DNA of 64,000 bases. It comes from Basidiobolus meristosporus CBS 931.73 (taxonomy: Eukaryota; Fungi; Basidiobolomycota). The translations under genes and the position numbers were made by a program. The notes under the pieces were generated by a model. That model worked only from the letters and a program-made list of their open reading frames with translations, ran no database searches and was not told where the DNA came from. The DNA lies in assembly GCA_002104905.1 (NCBI GenBank), contig MCFE01000111.1, forward strand, positions 104,004-168,003. Reading direction: 5' to 3'. This document shows, piece by piece, positions 32,546 to 44,237 of the stretch (its first letter is position 1; each line of letters starts with the position of its first letter).

Positions 32546-34341
32546 ATGATAGGAGAACCCGAGAATTATTTCAACGATTCCTCCGACGAGGCTCAAGGTA
32601 AGCTTCCTATCTCTGCTTCCCTTTGACGGCTGGCAAATATTTGTTTACAGTCTATTGCAATGAAAACCTCGTTGTATTTCGATCTAATCCCTCCCATCCC
32701 TTTCTAGACAATCCGTTTATCGCCCCTTCTCCTGGTGCACAACAGAAGTTCATGCAGAACGGCAACCTTCGAACTTCCTGGGACCAAGAGACTGGTTACG
32801 AGGAATCAAACAATTACTCCAAACGTGCAACCACTGCCGCGAAGTCAACCAAGAGGCTCACCGTACCCAAGTCACCGAATTTTTCGAAACGGTTCAAGTT
32901 TGACATGGGTAAATCGGCCAGAATGGAGAACAATGAGGATAACCAAAGAGTGGTCGTTAGGAAGAGAACTCGCACAAACCTATTCGATCTGACTGTCCCC
33001 AAGCCATTCAAGCTCTCGACTTCAGTCAGAGGGCGTCAAGCCTTGCCAAAGTCACCATTTGTATCCATGGCTTCGCGTGTCAACAACTTCTTCAACAAGA
33101 CCCCTGAACGGTTTAAGGTCAAGCCAACCAACAAGCCCTCAGCGAACTTATTCCAAAGCAGACTTACCGTACCCAAGTCACCCAAATTGAGAACCAAGGT
33201 CAGAGCGAAATACGGTGTGAATACCGATGCTGCAGCCGACGCGGAGAAATCCAGGCCTCAAAGAGCGCGTACATATCCCAAGGTCAACGGGCTGACCATT
33301 CCAAAGTCCCCCAACATCACCAAGGTTACTAAAAGAAAACTAGTCACCGAAGATACTGTCGCGGTCAGACCTACGGCCACCCAGACGAGGAAATGGACTG
33401 GAGCCACTATTCCCAAATCTCCGAACATCACGAAGCCTACTAAAAGACGCAGAATTGACTTCGAAGTGGCAGAACGCCCTCTCCCCAAAGCCGTCACCAA
33501 GATTAAAAAGGTGAATGGTCTTACCATCCCAAAATCGCCCAACATCACCAAACCAAGACCCAAGCCTGCAGCAGCCATGGAAGCGGCTCAACCCAGGGTG
33601 CGTCGCAAGAAGGAAGCCAACGTGCACATGCCGGGGATCACTGTCCCCGAACCGTTCAATTTCGTCGGGGACTCGATCAGAGAACGAAAACTTCAGCGAT
33701 TCAGAGAGAAGCTCCGCCGTGAGGAGGAAGAGGCCGCACGTCTCCGTCATTTCCAAGCCAATCCTATGCTTGACTTGGAGTACCCTGACCCCCTCCCACC
33801 AGTTGAACCTCGCCCGCTTACCAAGCCCATGCCATTTCGACTAGAAACAGATCTTCGGGGTGATGCTTATCAGCAATTTCTTCAAGAGAAGCTCAAGCGT
33901 GATGAACAGAACGCCAAGCAAATGGCCATCCCACGGGCCAACCCCATGCCCGACTTCAGTACTGTGTGGTTCCCTAGCCACTCGAACAAAGAATTCACCA
34001 TCCCTCAGGATGTCCACCTGAGCACTGAGGATCGTGTCCAAGAACGGAATGATTGGGAGGCTCTGGTAAATCATGAGAAGGAAAAGAACGCTGCCGTATG
34101 GGAAGAAAAACGCCAGGAACTGGAACGGGAGAACCAGAAGAAACTTCGGCAGTATCGCCGAACCCTCGTTCCCAAACCAGTCCCTATCCCGGAGACCCTG
34201 TACCGGTCTGACCCATTACCCAAAGTGGCGCAAAAGAAGTTGACCATCCCAGCGTCGCCGGCGATTCACAAGAAATCCGTCAAGCCCCACAAACATTTGA
34301 CCCCCCGCAACAAAAGCAAGTCGAAGAAAATCAAAGTGTAG
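32546..34341 (+). CDS. TPX2-like microtubule-associated protein; intron 32598-32650; start uncertain
   Basis: Repeated LT(V/I)PKSPN and T(V)P(K/E)PF motifs, FQANPM, PLTKPMPFRLETDLR and RANPMP, plus coiled-coils and C-terminal LTIPASP. Confidence 0.65.
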
Positions 34342-34687
34342 TCTGGCTCACCGTGCTTCATTACTGGACTTGATGTAACCAGATATTGTATTAAGATTTC
34401 AACCTATTTTTCCAATACATTTGTATTTGTATAATATGTATATGCATGGACAACCACAACAATAAACCGAGTCAGCATTCCAATGAGCGAGTGGCGGGAA
34501 AGAATTCACCCCGAATGAACCATACATCCCGGGGTCTGGAATCCGTCGTGGACTACAAAGCTATCGTTCTGAGCTGGAATCGTGTATGCTCGAATAAATC
34601 TATTTATTCATGTACTCTGTATAAGTTTATTCATATTGGTAGATTAATCGACTTTATGTATGTACACTCAACAACGTCAGGTTGCGT

Positions 34688-37541
34688 CTATTTTTTGGAT
34701 TTCAAAGGATCGATGATGGTACCAGCCTTGGTGGTGACTCTGGGCAGAATCATCTTCTGGAACGACGATGTCGCATTCCATTCCTTGCCGATTGGTGCTC
34801 TCATGCTCTTCTCGTATTGCTCTCTGGTTTGGTATGGGAATGGTACTTGCGTTACAGTATATTTGGCATTCTTCTTGATCTTCTTCTCGTTGATGATCAC
34901 ATGCTTCAGCTTGGAATCCTTGCGTTTCTTGGCATCTATGCCATCGGCGGGATTGGCCTTCTTGATGAACTTGGGCTGCTTGGACTTAACGCCTTGTCCT
35001 ACCCAATGGCCCCAGCCGGGGAGTGTAACATCCTCGTCCTTGGGTGCATCTTCTTCAACCTCCCTGGCCTTCTCCTCCTCAAACTCCTCAACAACATTAT
35101 CGTTGGCAAATGCTCTTTGGACCAAGTCTCGCTGAGTGAAAGCATTGGGGTTCTTAACGTGAGTGATCGCAATCGACTCGCTCTCGTCGTTAGAGGCATC
35201 CGAATCATCTCCGTCAGCAGTGCTAAAGGTCAGCACATTGTTCAAGTCGATATCAACACTGTCATCCTCTTGGTCCTTGGTTTTCTTCTTGAGTTTAGAA
35301 ACCAGTTTCTCGGATTTGTTCTCGGTTTTTCCGACTGCCTTGTTGACCTTCTTGCTTTGCGTACTGACTTTGTTGTCATGCTGCAACCAAGGATTGCTTT
35401 CGTCATCCACAGGCCCTTGGGGCTGGGTGGCTTCGGGGGCGGTGGAGTTCAAGGACACTGGCCCACTGAGGCGCGTATTGTGAGCGGCTGAAACGGAAAC
35501 CTTGGAGATCTGACCACCTTCATTCATTGATAGCTTGGGCTTCTTGGGAGTGTTCTCAGCTGGGGGTTCGCTGGACTTGGCTCCACCACTGAACACAAGT
35601 CTTCCTGGATTGCCGCCCACCATGGTTGAAATCTCCTTCTCCTTGGGCTTCTTGCCGCTCGATTCATCCTCGCTCATGTACTCGAGATCCTCCTTGAAGC
35701 TTTCGATCATAGCCTTGTTCTCCTCTCTTTGACGATCCATGGCTTGTTGCATGAATTTCATGGCGAAGATTCCCTTCTTGGGCTTTTGGTCGTCCTCGTT
35801 GACCTCCAATTTCTCAATTTCATCGAAAGCACGTTTCTTGACCTCGTTAGGGTTGTCGTCTTCATCACTGGCGCCGCTGGCAAAGGAAGCATCTGAATCT
35901 TCATCGGAAGCCATGTCGTGGATCTTGCGTCGAAGGGCTTCCCCTTTTTGGAGCTGGTCAATAATGGCCTGACGGCTCTCATCATCGTTCCCGTGCTTAA
36001 GCATCTGCTTGGCCCACTTCCCGGTGTTCTTGTGCTTCAAGGTCATGCGCTCCTGGGCTCGGGCGATTTCGGCCTTATGTCTCTCATCGCCATCCAACTC
36101 AGGATCAGCGTCTCGCAACAGCTGCATTTCCTTCTCCTTCTCCTTCTTCTTCAACTTGCGGAAGGCCTTACTCTTGATCTTTGAGACTCGCTTTGCTTTC
36201 CTTTCCTCTCTGAACATCAATTCTCGCATCAATCTCAATTCACGTCGACGGGCTTGGACTTCCTCGACTGAGAGCTTATTGAGCTCCAACTCTTCATACT
36301 CCTTCAAGTTGCTTTCCTTGATGCCGCTTTCTTCCAAAACTGTCTGGACTTGCTTCTCCAACTCATTCGAGGCTTCAAATTTACTGGCCAAGGAGGCATT
36401 GGTGATGTTGTCTGGTGCATGCTCACTCGTGGGGAACGTCAAGTGGTCGGCCTCGCGATTTTTCTTCACAATCGGAACCCATTCGCTGACCTTCTTCTTC
36501 GCATCCTCGTAAGCAACCTCACGGGTGAACTTGTCTTGAACCCGCTTGGGCAGAGGGGCCGCTAGTGCATCCTTGTAGTCGCCTTTGTTGCCTCCACTCT
36601 CCAGTGATTGGATCTTTTTCTTGAGACTGCTAAAGCCCGATTTATCTTCCACAGCACCAAGCATATCGCTAATGCTAATCTTCTTGCGAGATTCCGAGCC
36701 TAAACAAATTGCCAGAGTGATTAACACAGGTCATCCCAAGTGAAAGAACCGAGATTTGGTGGTACCTTCTGCACTACGCACGGCCAGGTTGAACTCCGAT
36801 TCGGCATAGGCCTCGGTCTTTTCCTTAGCTACCTTGCGGCTCTTCTTCTTTCCAAGGGAGGTGATAAAGGAGTCCAATGTTTGGAGCTTCGATTCGGCCT
36901 CCTCATCTTCTTCACTCTCCTCACTTACGGAGATTTCATCTTCGTCAAGCACGCTTTCATCGCTTGATCCGCCCATGTGGTCCTCGAAGGAGACTTTCAT
37001 CTTGGGCTTCTCGTTCTCTTTGGCAGGCTCGGACGAAAGCATTTCGGAAATATCCATGTATTCTTCGTCATCATCTTCGTCCTCTTCCTCCTCCTCCTCC
37101 TCCTCTTCTTCATTCAAGTCCTGAACCTCTTGCTCACTCTCATCGTCCGAGTCTTTGTGAGTATCGGCCTTCTTATTCACCTGAAATGGAAAAGTCAGTA
37201 CAACCGTAGAAATATTAGAAAACCAGAGGTCCAAATACCTTATTCCTTCCCGAAAATTTGAAATGACTGTATTTCTCTTCGTCGGATTCGTCAAAGGCCT
37301 CATCGGAATCAAGCTCCTCATCGTCCTCTTCATCGATGTCCCCCACCTCGTATTCGTAATTCTCCACCTCATCCAGATGCTTTCCCCTAGCAATATCAAT
37401 GTCATCGTCGGCCTCAAACACGTCGGTGACCTTGGGCTTAGTGACCCAGCTATTTCCCTGGCCACTTTGGCGTCTGTTGCTTTTCGGAGTAGCGGAACGG
37501 GTTTTCTGAGAGCCCCTCCCTTGTCGTTTATTTGGTGCCAT
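34688..37541 (-). CDS. UTP14: U3 snoRNA-associated protein 14, multi-exon
   Basis: AYEDAKKKVSEWVPIVKKNREA, KIKSKAFRKL, RMTLKHKNTGKWAK, LPGWGHW, HVIINEK, VPFPYQTREQYEKSMRAPIGKEWN and acidic N-terminal exons. Confidence 0.93.
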
Positions 37542-38509
37542 GCTGTTTTTACCTAGACTACGCTACAAGGAAGTGGTAACAGAACAATAACACCGAGCAC
37601 CCTGTGGCATGAGGGGATTTTTTTTCTCGCGGCGAACTAAAATTTTTGGGAAAAAAAAAAGAAAAAATCCATTCGATTTTCATCAAGTTCGTTGAATTCC
37701 AAGTCACCCACCCATTGGTACCATGCCAACCATGGACCGATGTTTTTCACCAGAGCGCATGGCGATGGCACAGGAGATTAAGGTTGATCACCTGGAATAT
37801 GAACCTGGGTCATTCCTTCATTCAAGCTTACCGGCAATTCTGCTGGATTTGGTTTAAAATAAGCTAAAGTGATTAACTTTAAAATCGAAATAGCTGGTGT
37901 TGGCAAGGTCCACAATTGATGCCATATGAGCGATGAAGTCAAAGTCTAATAATGAAGGTGATATCAACCAAGATTGGATATCCTCTGCTCAGACCAAGCA
38001 GTGGGGGATGAACAACCATCCCTCAAGATTGCTCTAGCTGTGTAAACACTTTTGAACCCATAGGAATCCACTGTGTTGTGATATATCATCTAACCCAGTA
38101 ACCATGGTTTCGGATGGTGACGACCTAACCCAAATAATAAAAAAGCAACGGTACCAGTACATAGATTTAGAAAATGTGCTAACCTAATGTCTCTGAAGAG
38201 CACAGCATCTGGTCAGCCTACCAATGCTCAGAAGGAAGACCAACCAACCGGAAAAACCAATCTTGTAATTTCCTTTAAATGTTCGTTGCTGGGTAAATCT
38301 GCACGGTTTAATGCCAAATAAGTCCCAACCAATTAATCAATCAAGCATGGAATTCTGCGTGAACTGCGTTGTTGAGGAATGCCTGCGTTTGTTGTCACCA
38401 AGAGTTACAGCAGGGTAGAGTATAAAAACCAGGCTACCAGCACAGTGGTCTGCACCAAGTGTTCGGAATCTAATTCACCAAAGCAATTATTTTCTCCAGT
38501 AAAGAGAAC

Positions 38510-39661
38510 ATGAAGGGTTTTTTTGCTGAGCTGTCACACCCACGAGAAATCATTAGGAACTTCGTTCCTGGATGGTTCGGTATAACTATGGGTACTGGAA
38601 TCACCGGTATCGTCATCGCCAACTTCCCATTCCCATTCCGCGGAATGGTTGTCATCGGTACTATCTACTTCATCGCCAACATCTGCATGTTCTGCCTGTT
38701 CACGATGCTCTTTGTCGCCCGCCTTGTTATGTTCCCGGAGACCATTTTCCCGCTTCTGAAAAGTCATCAGCTGCTGGCGTTTGGTGCGATTCCTATGGGT
38801 CTGACTACACTGACTAACTACATAATCCTGGTGGTTCGACCTACACACTCCTGGGGATTGGAGTTGGCCTATGTGTTGTGGTGGATCGAATTCGTGTTCA
38901 CCTTAGTCAGTATATTTGGAGTGCCATACTGTATGATGAGATACCAGAAGCACTCCGCGGAGACTATGTCAGGGCTGTGGCTCTTCTCACTCGTCCCAGC
39001 AGTGGTTACTGGTGCCTCCGGATGCTACTTGTCCCGCTACTTAGAGCATGAAGGTCATAGAGCGCCTATGATATTGACCATCTCTGGAATTACCCTAGGA
39101 TGTGGTATTTCATTGGCACTCCCAGTGATCGGCATCTACTTCTACAGGCTGGTTGTCCACGATTTCGTCTCCAAGGATCTTATTGTCAGTAGTTTCTTGC
39201 CAGTCGGACCATTGGGTCAGGGTACCTACGGTGTCATTGAAATGGGATGGGCATTCAAGGAACTCATCGGAGACAAGTATGCTCCAGGATTTGGCGACAG
39301 CGTCTTTGCCTGTTGTGTCGTAGCAGCTTACTGCTTATGGGGTTATGGCTTGTACTACATGTTCTTTGCCTTCGTTTCGCTGATTGTCAGACTGAGAGAA
39401 GGAATTCCATACAACCTGGGTTGGTGGGGACTTACTTTCCCCATCGGGGTGTTCACAGCAGGAACCATGAACATTGCCGTCGCGACTGACTCGAGATTCT
39501 TTCGTGGAATCACGTCATTGTTCGTGTGTATTCTGGTGATCAACTGGTTTGTTGCAGCCATCAGCACCCTTGGCAGAATCTACACTGGATCGGTCTTCAA
39601 GGCACCATGCCTTCAACAGCCAGCCAAGAAAGCCGATCCTGAGATGCAAGCTATCCCTTAA
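38510..39661 (+). CDS. TDT/SLAC1 family anion efflux protein (SSU1/MAE1-like), copy 1, 383 aa
   Basis: NFVPGWF..TMGTG, FGAIPMGLTT, SSFLPVGPLGQG and GWWGLTFPIG motifs; about 10 TM segments; intronless. Confidence 0.9.
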   Translation: MKGFFAELSHPREIIRNFVPGWFGITMGTGITGIVIANFPFPFRGMVVIGTIYFIANICMFCLFTMLFVARLVMFPETIFPLLKSHQLLAFGAIPMGLTTLTNYIILVVRPTHSWGLELAYVLWWIEFVFTLVSIFGVPYCMMRYQKHSAETMSGLWLFSLVPAVVTGASGCYLSRYLEHEGHRAPMILTISGITLGCGISLALPVIGIYFYRLVVHDFVSKDLIVSSFLPVGPLGQGTYGVIEMGWAFKELIGDKYAPGFGDSVFACCVVAAYCLWGYGLYYMFFAFVSLIVRLREGIPYNLGWWGLTFPIGVFTAGTMNIAVATDSRFFRGITSLFVCILVINWFVAAISTLGRIYTGSVFKAPCLQQPAKKADPEMQAIP

Positions 39662-39842
39662 ATGGATTTGAAAGTTGGTTGTTTAGATCGTCCTAGAATT
39701 TATGTAACAATGGGTAAACTGTAGATCTGGTATCATTAATAAAAGTATCAACTATATTTTGTATGTGTCGGGGATTTAAAGCAATTTTGGTAATTGCTGG
39801 CCATTATAGGAAATATTCTGGGCCAGAAATTGCCCCCTAGTG

Positions 39843-39922
39843 ATACAATTAGCGTATTCGGATATCTAATTAATGCCTATAATTCTGTTCGCTCATACAA
39901 TTAGCGTATTTGGATATCTAAT
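39843..39922. repeat. 28-bp direct repeat ATACAATTAGCGTATT(C/T)GGATATCTAAT at 39843 and 39895
   Basis: Two copies with one mismatch, 52 bp apart. Confidence 0.8.
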
Positions 39923-39971
39923 CAATGTGAACAATGAATTTGCCCTGAATTCTATAAGGTTTGTAGATCTT

Positions 39972-40027
39972 GATCTAAGTGACCAAGTTAGGTGAGTAAT
40001 CAGGTGTTATTACGAAATTTACAACCA
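39972..40027 (-). mobile_element. Degenerate LTR terminal fragment, same family as the copia element
   Basis: gatctaagtgaccaagttaggtgag...aaatttacaac resembles the end of the LTR at 59680-59735. Confidence 0.55.
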
Positions 40028-40920
40028 GTTGGACTAAAGTATTCCTACTCTGTTCAAGTAATGATCAAAATCTATTGCACTTACAATTGATTTTCTTCAT
40101 ACCTGGGGACTACTTGCTAGCTTTTGTAAGTGATAATAGCACCGGAAGCTGCTATATTGCTCAAACTCACCTAAAGGACCTTAAATCATCCTCAGAACTT
40201 ATCACAGCCTCTCAGACAATTTGTTCTTGCATTGACCAAACCTACATAAAAGTATAAATACTTCATTCTATCTAAATAAAGTCATATATATCTGTGTGCT
40301 CTGAGTTGCTACCATGCTCCTAGCATTGACTTCAGACATTTCTGTGACACAATATTTCAGTAAATTCTCCTTGAGCCAATAAACATCATTACTCTAACTT
40401 AACTAACATGAGCATGCTATATGCATTCCATTTTCACCCAAGCTACTTATATACCTAAGATTCCATTCAGCTTATTGCTAGGCTGTGATATATTATATGA
40501 AGCTTTGCTAGTAATACACTGGATAATTCTCAGAATTTGTGAGGGCCCAGAAGTTATCAACATTTTTAAATCTAGCAAAAAGCCCCAAATGCCCCAAATC
40601 TCCAAATGATCTGCTTGAACCAAATAAGACAGCAAGTGACTATTATACATATTCTGAATATATTTAAGCCTTGTGTGACCATGTGCTGTCAGTTATATAT
40701 CTTGGTTTTGGCTGGTAAGATAATAACCAACACTCACAGTTATTAAAGGCCAGGAGTTCACAGGTCTTCAAGCTTACTCCATAGACTCAAGACTTAGTAT
40801 ACTACTCTCTGCAACATCCTTAAGGCACTCTCATCATTAGCTTTGTAGTCTTGTCCAGGGCTCCTTGCTAAAGGTACAAGACCTGAATTTCAAGTTTATC
40901 CCATTTTGTAAGTTATAACT

Positions 40921-41252
40921 TGTTGTAAGAGTCTTGGAGATATTGGAAGTGATTGGGAGAACAAGTAGATTTTGTGGTTTTCACTTAATGTTTTATTGAA
41001 TGTAAAAGTAGTATTTATACTTTTACATGGTCTTGGCATAACAAACACGTAGAATAGGTTAAGGAAGGTCCCAAGAACATGTATGCAAAGTTTGGGGCTG
41101 TTTGGACAACTTATCTAATTCTCATGTTCTGGGTAAATATTCTAAGTAAATCCTGACAAGGAATTTGGCCAGTATTCTCTAGGATATGAAGGTAATGATC
41201 TAAGTGACTAAGTTAGGTGAATATTTAGGTGGAAATACAAATTTTTACAACA
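40921..41252 (-). mobile_element. Solo LTR (332 bp) of the copia family, TSD TAACT
   Basis: TGTTGTAA...TTACAACA termini, high similarity to 59387-59735 but lacking a ~17-bp segment, and TAACT on both flanks (40916-40920, 41253-41257). Confidence 0.92.
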
Positions 41253-41381
41253 TAACTAACCTGTAGATATTCCACTTACATGATCACCTAGGTTGTGGCT
41301 TAAAGTCCTTGGCATTTAATGCAACAGCTCTCTGGTGAGACTTACTTGTAATGCTTTTCCACCAAGATGTCCTGCTATTAG

Positions 41382-41728
41382 TGTTGTAAGAGTTTTGGAG
41401 ATTTTCACAGTGTTTGGCAGGACAAGTAGATTACATTGTTTTCTTTTTATGATATATTGAATTTGAAAGTATTATTGGTACTCTAACATGGCCTTGGCCA
41501 AGCACACATGCAAAATACGTGCAAAAAGGTTTCAGGTACATGTGGGCAAAGTTTGGGACTGTGAGAGCAGCTAATTGCTTTTCATGCTCTAGGTACCTGA
41601 TTATTAGGTGAAAATGTTCTAGGTAAAGCCCAACAAGAAATTTAGCCAAAATTCTCCAAGACCTGTTGATAGTGCTCTAGGTGAATTTGGTAGGTAAATA
41701 TATAGGTGTAATTACAAAATTTACAGCA
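41382..41728 (-). mobile_element. Older diverged solo LTR of the same family
   Basis: TGTTGTAAGAGTTTTGGAG...TTTACAGCA is collinear with the LTR but heavily substituted; no intact TSD. Confidence 0.75.
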
Positions 41729-42118
41729 ATACTTGGTGTTTGATTGACTTCAAGCAAAGTTATTATACTTTTGAAGAACTTTGTATAGTTATAACTGAAA
41801 TGCTTTAAGAAAGACCCTGATAGGCTTTTGGATGGGTATGGGAATATTGGTAACTTCTGGGTCTTGACTAATTCTAGCAATTAGTTGTTATTTTATGCAC
41901 TCAAGTCTTTTGATAGCTACATGATTGAGGTAAAATCTAAATATTTACAATGTAAGCTCCTTGTTCTGTGAGTTACTTCCATGGTCTTTAAAACCAAACA
42001 GCATTTTATTAGCGCTGTACTGCTATTTTAGGCAATCTTTCAGGTGGTTGCATTATTGAAATCAGCAAGACAGCTGCTGCATTTGATATGAGTATTACTA
42101 TGGCACAGCACTATATAG

Positions 42119-42802
42119 TGTTGCAAATTTTGTAGTTGCACCTAGATATTAACCTAACTTAGTCACTTAGAGCATTACCTACAGATCTTAGAGAGTTCTT
42201 ACCAAGTTTCTTGTTGGGATTGACTTGGACTATTCTCACCAAAGTACCAGACACCCTGAATATGAGATTTTGATAAGCTGTCCAAACTGTTGTAAAAATT
42301 TGTGATTCCACCTAAATATTCACCTAACTTAGTCACTTAGATCAGTACCTCCAAATCCTAGAGAATACTGATTAAAATCCTTGTTGGGATTTACTTAGAA
42401 TATTTACTCAGAACATGAAATTTGATAAGTTGTTCAAACAGCCCCAAACTTTGCACACATGTTCTTAGGACCTTTCTAAGCCTATTCTATGTGTTTGTTA
42501 TGTCAAGTCCATGTAATACTATGAATACTACTTTTAAATTCAGTAAAACATTAAGTGAAAGCCACATAATCTACTTGTTCTCCCAATCACTTCCAATATA
42601 TCCAAGACTCTTACAACACAAACAGCCCCAAAACTTGCACATGTGCTTTTGGGACCTTCATAAGCATATTTTATGTGCTTGTTTGGCCAAGACTATGTAA
42701 AAGTATAAATACTACTTTTACATCCAATAAATCATCAAGTGACAACCACATAATCTACTGGTTCTCCCAATCACTTCCAATATCTCCAACACTCTTACAA
42801 CA
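42119..42802 (+). mobile_element. Solo LTR (~348 bp, TSD TATAG) interrupted by a nested solo LTR
   Basis: TGTTGCAAATTT...CTCTTACAACA termini and TATAG on both flanks (42114-42118, 42803-42807). Confidence 0.85.
42288..42618 (+). mobile_element. Nested solo LTR (331 bp, TSD CAAAC)
   Basis: TGTTGTAAAAATTTG...CTCTTACAACA termini and CAAAC on both flanks (42283-42287, 42619-42623). Confidence 0.9.
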
Positions 42803-44237
42803 TATAGGACATGTATTTACTTGCACACAAGAGGGATAAAACCTCAAATACTGAATACTGTAACTTTAAAGAAATTGTCACTTTCAGTACTCCCTAGAGT
42901 TTTGCAACACTTTAGACTTTCCAGTCTTTGAAGTAAAGCCTGTCTAAGGCTCATAGAAGTCTACAGGAGAAGGCTAATATTATCATAGAGCAGCTGAATC
43001 ATTGCTATCTAAGCTAGAGTGTTAAAGCCAACAAATGCTTAGACCCAGATTCAGCGTTAAATGTTATGATACCAGTCAAATGTGAGTCTGGATGAGAAAG
43101 AGAGCAATGAGAAGGATGCAGTCCCTGTATTTTGACTTAATAAATCAGTAGACAAAGTGTCAGTGTGTTTGAGCAAACTTAATTGATCTGTGTGCAAAGC
43201 TTGACGGTACTTGGGCATGCTTGAACCAGAAAGTAATGAGGAGTCAGCATGTCAGCTTGAAGTTGATACGCGATAGTTTCACAATGAAAAGGAGCCATCA
43301 ACAAATATACACATCACTTAGCAGCATCAGCAGACATCTTAAATCAGGGTATGTTTAGTATTGAGTATAGGTAGCAATAACTCATTAGAAATGAGCGCAC
43401 TAGCATGTATAGAAGCCAGAATGTATTGAGAAAGTGTTTAGATTGTTCCAGGATTTACACGGGTTGTTTAGAAAGTCCTGTATGAACAGTGAGTTAGTTG
43501 ACCATTAACTATGCTTTGTTTATCTGATTGTCAAAGCGGTTTCCTGTATTTGTGGGAGAGATTAGCCATTCCAAGCGATGATGGTTGTAGCAATGGATTT
43601 ACGCTAATCAAAACGATATCAATCTGAATGCTAGCTACCGCAGGAAATATTTTGAGCCAAATACTGGACCATTAGTCGCAAAAATGGACTAGCTATCATT
43701 GACTACGCTGTATGTACCTCGCCTGGGACAATATGATATCTCTTCTCACTGGAGAGCATCCATGATCTTTGCATTATTAGAAAAGTAAGTTCAAAATGGA
43801 ATGCTGGCCAGCTTAGGCTTATACTTGACTAAGCTCCGCAATGAGGAGTTTGCAGTCTAAATAACCAATAGTCAATGCCAATGATACCAATGAATATACA
43901 TAGTGCGCCATCATTGGCATATTCAGTCATTTGGGAGGAAGGATAAACCATTCCCAAATAATTACCACATCGGGACATCATCTCGGAAAGTAGATTCCTA
44001 TATTGGATGGGTCTGTGAATCATTTGAAGTGAGTCACGTTTGTAATTGCATTTTCCGAAGGTACAACCATATGACAACTAGGAATCAACGCCATCTCCAA
44101 GCGTTGAGTATATGTAACGCAATATGAATGCTTCTGAGTAATACGCAAAAGTATTAGTATAAATAGTAGGCTTCAGCAACACAACACGGCACAACCACCT
44201 CTAGCTGCTATAAGTTTATTCGTTCCATACAACTAGT

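Noticed and set aside
34446-37556. ORFs antisense to UTP14, including hydrophobic 229-aa and 269-aa frames
   Set aside because: Antisense of Lys/Glu-rich codons gives spurious Phe/Leu/Ser-rich frames.
37630-37670. AAAATTTT/poly-A element upstream of UTP14 resembling the RRPE ribosome-biogenesis motif
   Set aside because: It is too short and AT-rich to support without motif statistics.
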